From positions 15,376,001 through 15,440,000 of the forward strand of contig CM022673.1 in NCBI GenBank assembly GCA_012295275.1: a DNA stretch of 64,000 nucleotides, in the 5' to 3' direction. The notes under the pieces are model-generated. The model was given only the letters and a program-made list of their open reading frames with translations, searched no databases and was not told the DNA's origin. Positions 58,044 through 64,000 of this stretch are shown here, in pieces (position 1 is the stretch's first letter; each line of letters starts with the position of its first letter). This stretch comes from Chrysomallon squamiferum. Lineage: Eukaryota > Animalia > Mollusca. A program made the translations under genes and the position numbers.

Positions 58044-58069
58044 CTGCGGAAATGAACAAAAATAAATAA

Positions 58070-58119
<50 letters not shown>

Positions 58120-58219
58120 CAACAACAATAACAACAATAATAGCAAAAACAGCACGTCACAAAAAATGTTTGATTTTGTTATTGAGATTTGTTACATTAA
58201 ACATACATTTGCCTTTAAT

Positions 58220-59110
58220 TTGTCAGGTTTTAGAAAACTCTTCGACATTGAAATTACAAACACCGATTATGAGCGCGTAATTTTTAGTGTATCATAGTAT
58301 CTTCTAGAATGCCGTGGTATTTCCTAGACTGTCTTAGTATTTTCTGGATTGTTCCAGTGGTTTCTGTGTTTCTTTTTCGTTTCTTTTTCGTGCAAGAAAA
58401 AATCAGTCTTATTCTGCAAATTAGCAGGAACTAAATGATTTACTTTGACTTCAGGCTGCCAAATCTAACTTAAAGCTTAAACTATCATGTCTGAAGGAAT
58501 GGAATATTTTGGACAATAGTTGTCGAACAACCGCTGTTATGAAATTAACAGAAGGTTGTATAAATTTGTTTGTGTGAAAGACATGTTTCTGTAATGACAT
58601 AATTAAGTGGATATTGGTCATGAACCAAATGACTGGAATCTCTTCAGAGAAAAGTTCCTCTCGAAATCTCTGTGTTCTTCTGCAAATTGGAAATCATTTT
58701 CGATCAATACCAACTGAGCACTCTTTGCAAATAAAGAAGAACAATGAGAATATATAAAACTTCCTCGGGAAAAAATAGACTACAAATGACAGCTGATTTA
58801 AAAATTATTACCTCCATAAAAGGATGCCAAAGAGACTATGCCAAACATTATTGTTGTCTTTGATTATTGGATAATGTGCTACATTTCAAAACTTATGTAA
58901 ATGTTTCTGCATCTGTCAAAAGCAAACTGCAACTTTGTGGTTTTCACCGGACCACGTTTTCGCACGATGCTTCAGTCACAAGAATATAATGAAGAAAAAC
59001 AACTAAATGCTTTGATGTCATTTATTGTAGTGGTTGAGAATTTGTGCGGGTTAATACGCGACGATTCGTTATATCGTTGACAAAAAGTAAGAAAAAAATG
59101 TTAATTTGTG
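58220..59110 (+). mobile_element. Decayed Chapaev3-like (CMC superfamily) DNA transposon
   Basis: Interrupted translation N*QELNDLL*..KSNLKL..CLKEWNILD and HEPNDWNLF..SSSRNL.VLLQIGNHF.SIP..HSLQIK...ENI resembles Chapaev3 transposase motifs as I recall them (DLNDLIRDL..KSNAELL.SRLKEWNLL; EWRLFIDSS.RSLKAVLLHNGN). Confidence 0.62.
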
Positions 59111-59359
59111 ATTTATGTTTTCTAGTGATTTGCATGAAAATACAATAGAAAATACAGATTTTACATCAGTATAGTGTTCTGTATAAGTCTTTGGAGCGAA
59201 GAGTCCTAAATTAGTAAAATATTTCCCAAAAATAATGGACTGTTAGTATATGACTTAAACAAACACTGTAGGAACACTAGTGACATGTTTGTAATCAGTA
59301 TATAAACAACATAAAACTCTTCATAACTAAGAACTTTTTAAAATTCTGTTACATTCTAA

Positions 59360-59427
<68 letters not shown>

Positions 59428-60052
59428 TAATAACGTCTGCTCTAAAAGAACAACAGAAATCAAACTGCATACATACTGTAATTTCGGAGATATACAGCGT
59501 GGAGATGCATTAAAAAGATGAAGACATTCGTCAGCAATAATTTCATCTGTGAAATTAAAAAACGAATTAAAAAAAGCTATTTAAACAGACAAAATAATGA
59601 TTGTAAGAAAGGTTCTCATTATTTAGGTCACGTCGCCCTCCTTAAGCCATTAAAGCAGCTTTTAAACATCTCAAATAAACATTCAGAAACTCAGCCTAAT
59701 ACAATAATTTCGTATTAATTATCCAACAACAATATCATACAAAACGCCAATGTATTCGCTGGAATGCTACAGAAAAGCTATCATGCTACGAAAAAGATGA
59801 AGAAATATTAACAACAACATAACAGTAGTACTAACAAAAGTGTTAGTATGAGCAGTATTAGTAATTGAGTTAGTATGTGTAGACTTAGTAGTGGTAGTAG
59901 TATAGAAGTTGTATTTGTGATATTATGAGCAACATCAAAACAGCAATAGCAGTAGTAGTATTAATAATACTGTTAATTGGAGTAGCATTAGTAATAGAGG
60001 TAGTAGTAGTAGTCGTAGTAATGAAGTTGTATTTTTGATAATATTATCAGTA

Positions 60053-60145
60053 AACGTAGTTATAATTTTGACAGTAGTATTAGTAGACGTACTTATAATA
60101 ATATAGTACGTCTACTAATACTACTGTCAAAATTATAACTACGTT
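60053..60145. repeat. Perfect 41-bp inverted repeat with 11-nt spacer
   Basis: aacgtagttataattttgacagtagtattagtagacgtact (60053-60093) and its exact reverse complement (60105-60145). Confidence 0.95.
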
Positions 60146-60393
60146 AATATAGTAGTTGCATTTTTCATAGTAGCAGTAAACCTAGTAGTTGCAATAGTAG
60201 TCATGTAGTAGATGTAGATTTGATAGCAGTAACAGCGAAATTAAATATCTGTATGTGATACAGTAAAAGCGTCTTATACATGACGTAAATATTAAACTGA
60301 TAAATCTAAATTTAGTTCAGTTTTAACTTGGGTACTGACATACTAATGCAGAAAAAAGTAAGAACGTAGGACATTATAAAGTAAAATACTTAC

Positions 60394-60467
60394 GGTGTTA
60401 CACAAATTACTGCCCAGATATTTTCGTTCAGTTAACGTACAAAATGGAACAGCCAATTGTTTCTTTG
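60394..60467 (-). other. Candidate 74-nt exon, duplicated at ~61705-61785
   Basis: cattctccag|CAAAGAAAC..AACACC|gtaagt; the paralogue has cattctcag|GAAAGAATC.. without the donor. Confidence 0.45.
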
Positions 60468-61435
60468 CTGGAGAATGAAAATGAAAGAAATGTTATATTA
60501 CAGGACGGCGATACCTTATTTTGATTAATATTTCGTTAGTCATTCAGGTTGTCAAAACCATACATTACACGTGCTAATATTAGGTATGTTATTTTTCTGT
60601 TCATATTAATTTTTTGTATACTGTTTGTGTTTTTTCTTATTTTATTTTTCTTAATTTGTTTTATTTTTTTTATTTGGTGTGTCATGTTATCAATTTCATT
60701 ATTCATAAAATAGGAAGAGATGGAGAGAGATAAAGTCTAGTTATTAAATACAAATTTCATTTTTTGTGAAAAGAGCCAACGAACACACAGATACATACAT
60801 GCGCGCGCGCGCACGTACACACACACACAAAGATAGAGAGAGAAGGAAAGAGACGCACATATTTTACATGCATACGTGTCTGTATATATATATATATTAA
60901 AAAAAGGTATATATTTTTATTATTATTTTCATTTTAAAACTCGTTCAATGGCTATTTTCGGAAGTCAGATTACATTTTACAATACCTCTGAATTTTTGAG
61001 TATTTCACAGACACTGTCATTTACGTCAGTTACAATATGCAGTACACATATATATTGTAATAATGTTATATGTCGGACGTGTCTTCGTTAAACTACTGTT
61101 CAGTTCTGTATGTCCTGAACATGAATTTCAGATTTTGTTTTCATCAGTTTCATTACTTTAACATATTTTGATAGCGACAGAAAGGAATTTGATTATTGAT
61201 TGAAAATACGCGTCTATTTTGTTTTTACCTACACAAACACACCAAAACCAAACGCACACACTTTACATTAAGAATTCTTCTGTTGTTGTAAAAATGTTCT
61301 CTTTGATTTCACAGTTATACATAATACTAATGTTGATAATTATACTAATATTAGTGATATTACTGCTGTTGCTGCTGCCGATACTACTACTACTACTACT
61401 ACTACTAATAATAATAATAATAAAATAAAAAAGTC

Positions 61436-61564
<129 letters not shown>

Positions 61565-61873
61565 GTATGTATGTATGCATGTATGTATGTATGTGGATGT
61601 ATATGTATATGTATGTATGCATGTATGTATGTATGAGACAAAATGAAAGACAAAACTCAAACTAAAGTTAAGATGTGAAAAATGATATCACAGGAGATTA
61701 GGAATTAAAATAATGCCCAGTGATTTTCGTTCGGTAAATAGAAAACATGGAACAGCCGACTGATTCTTTCCTGAGAATGAGAATGATACGTTTTATAAAT
61801 TAGAAAGCTTTATTTTCGTTTTTCTTTCTCTTTTATTTTTACATATAGAATATCATTTTCATTAATCAACAAC

Positions 61874-61912
<39 letters not shown>

Positions 61913-63456
61913 AAACAATGATTAAAAAATAATAATGATAACAATAATTAAATAAAAAAAAATGAATGAATGAAAAATACACGAACAAATATTGTCTTTT
62001 TTAACATACATTCACAATTAAAAGTCTTTTTTTTTTTCTTGTCTTTTTGTTTTTATATACATTATATTATCACATTCGCTGTTCCAAAAGAGAAAAGAAA
62101 ATGAATCAAATAATGCCTGTTTATCAAAATATTAAACTATTTTTGGAAAAACAATTCCTAATTTACAGTCGTGTAGTAGATTGCTAGTTCAATTCTCCTC
62201 ATTTAAACTTTTTTCATTCCAGCTGAACAAATATGTGCAGACATATGTACCACATATTTTTACATTCGATTTCATGATTTTATGTACAGTTTGTAAATAG
62301 TGAAAATATTTGAAAAAAGAAAAAGAATGACTTGAAACAACACTTTTGTATTTTGTAGCCTAATTGAAAAATATATAAATGCATAATTGTTTTTTAAGAA
62401 TATCGATATTTTTATTTATTGTTATTGCGACACAGGAATGGAATTTAATTAGTTTAAACATATATATACATTCCAGCATCACCTATTAACGTTAAAAGAA
62501 ATAAAAGTTTTAACTTGACTCTTCTTCTGTAATGATAATAAAGTATTTCTCATGTTCACCTTCCTTTATGCAGGGAAGCACATAATTTGCAAGATACTGA
62601 TATACATTTAGTCCGCCTTGTTTTTTTGTTTTGTTTTTATTTTATAATTATTTATTTATTTATTTATTTATTTTTATTAAGAAAATCAAAAATGAAACAA
62701 ATAAACTTTCAGAAAAAAAAATTAATACAATAAAATATATCTAAAAAACAACAACAAAAACAACAAAGAAAACACACACGAATAACAAAGATAAAGTATG
62801 ATTCATATGTTTTCAGGATGTAATAAAATAAAGAAAGACAAGTTAGAAGAAGAAGAGGAAAGCAACTAAAAAATGAACGACAAAAAAAAAAGAAATGAGA
62901 GAAGTGGATAACTATATTTTATTAAACAAGTTAATTTTCACAGTCAATTCTTCATTTCTCACTCTGAAATTAATAATATGCAATAATATGCATACAGTAA
63001 AATAATATATCTTGTATTTTTAATAGCTTGTATATGCATATATTTATTTATATATGTTTATGTATGTATGTATGTATGTTTGTGTTTTTGTATGTATGTA
63101 TGTATGTATGCATGCATGTGCGTATGTATGTATAAATGTATGTATGTATTATGTATGTATGTATGTAATGTATGTATCTGTGTGCATGTGTATGTAAGTA
63201 ATGTAGGTATCTGTGTGCATGTGTATGTATACGTATGTATGTGTGCATGTCTGTATCCATGTATATATGTATGTACAATAATTATTTACTTTATAGCAAT
63301 ACCGTAGAAAATAACATGTCCACTATTTAACTGATAAAAAGTTATATGAAAAAAAATCCATGTTAAATTTATAATTAATGTCACAATATTACTATTAAGA
63401 GTAACACAGGTAGAAAATGTGACCCTTATCAAAATTACTTTCTTAGCAATAAGCTA

Positions 63457-63783
<327 letters not shown>

Positions 63784-64000
63784 TTATGTGAGAAGGTAAC
63801 TGTTGATGAAGAGATGTGCAATACGAAATCATTTGTTGGCTGACTTCGGATTAGCTAATTCTCTTATTTTAACTATTTCTCTTTTTATGGACAGTTGATT
63901 AATCTTGATTGATGAATGAATGAAAAGAATATGTCTGCAATGTCACTTAAGATAAAGAGGTTTGATATAATACAATTAAATTGATCGTAGTGTTTCGGCT

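Noticed and set aside
59741-59785. Minus-strand ag|C ATG ATA GCT TTT CTG TAG as the unit F signal exon
   Set aside because: Early stop, wrong length and wrong phase compared with the 70-nt exons.

Overview
Very AT-rich, microsatellite-dense animal DNA (the repeat landscape suggests an invertebrate such as a mollusc or cephalopod; this is inference only). Nearly all ORF-track entries are microsatellite artefacts. The real content is a tandem cluster of intron-containing genes encoding secreted proteins made only of kringle domains. I count 27 kringle exons (20 on +, 7 on -) plus at least 5 smaller remnants. Each kringle is one symmetric phase 1-1 exon of about 237-270 nt. Plus strand: gene A (3566-9026, 5 kringles), gene B (19220-~25200, 5 kringles), pseudogene C (~29217-34025, 5 kringles with nonsense and deletion lesions), gene D (39637-42430, 3 kringles), gene E (45835-48259, 2 kringles). 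Minus strand, tail-to-tail with E: unit F (58043-49768, two intact and four disabled kringle exons) and a further kringle exon at 63770-63519 whose gene starts beyond the window. Genes A, B, D and E share an exactly 70-nt signal-peptide coding exon; A, E and F share a homologous 8-nt terminal exon. No protease or kinase domain exon was found. Also present: a segmental duplication with a dead promoter/signal exon, several DNA-transposon remnants and foldback palindromes. All exon boundaries were read by eye and have no expression support.
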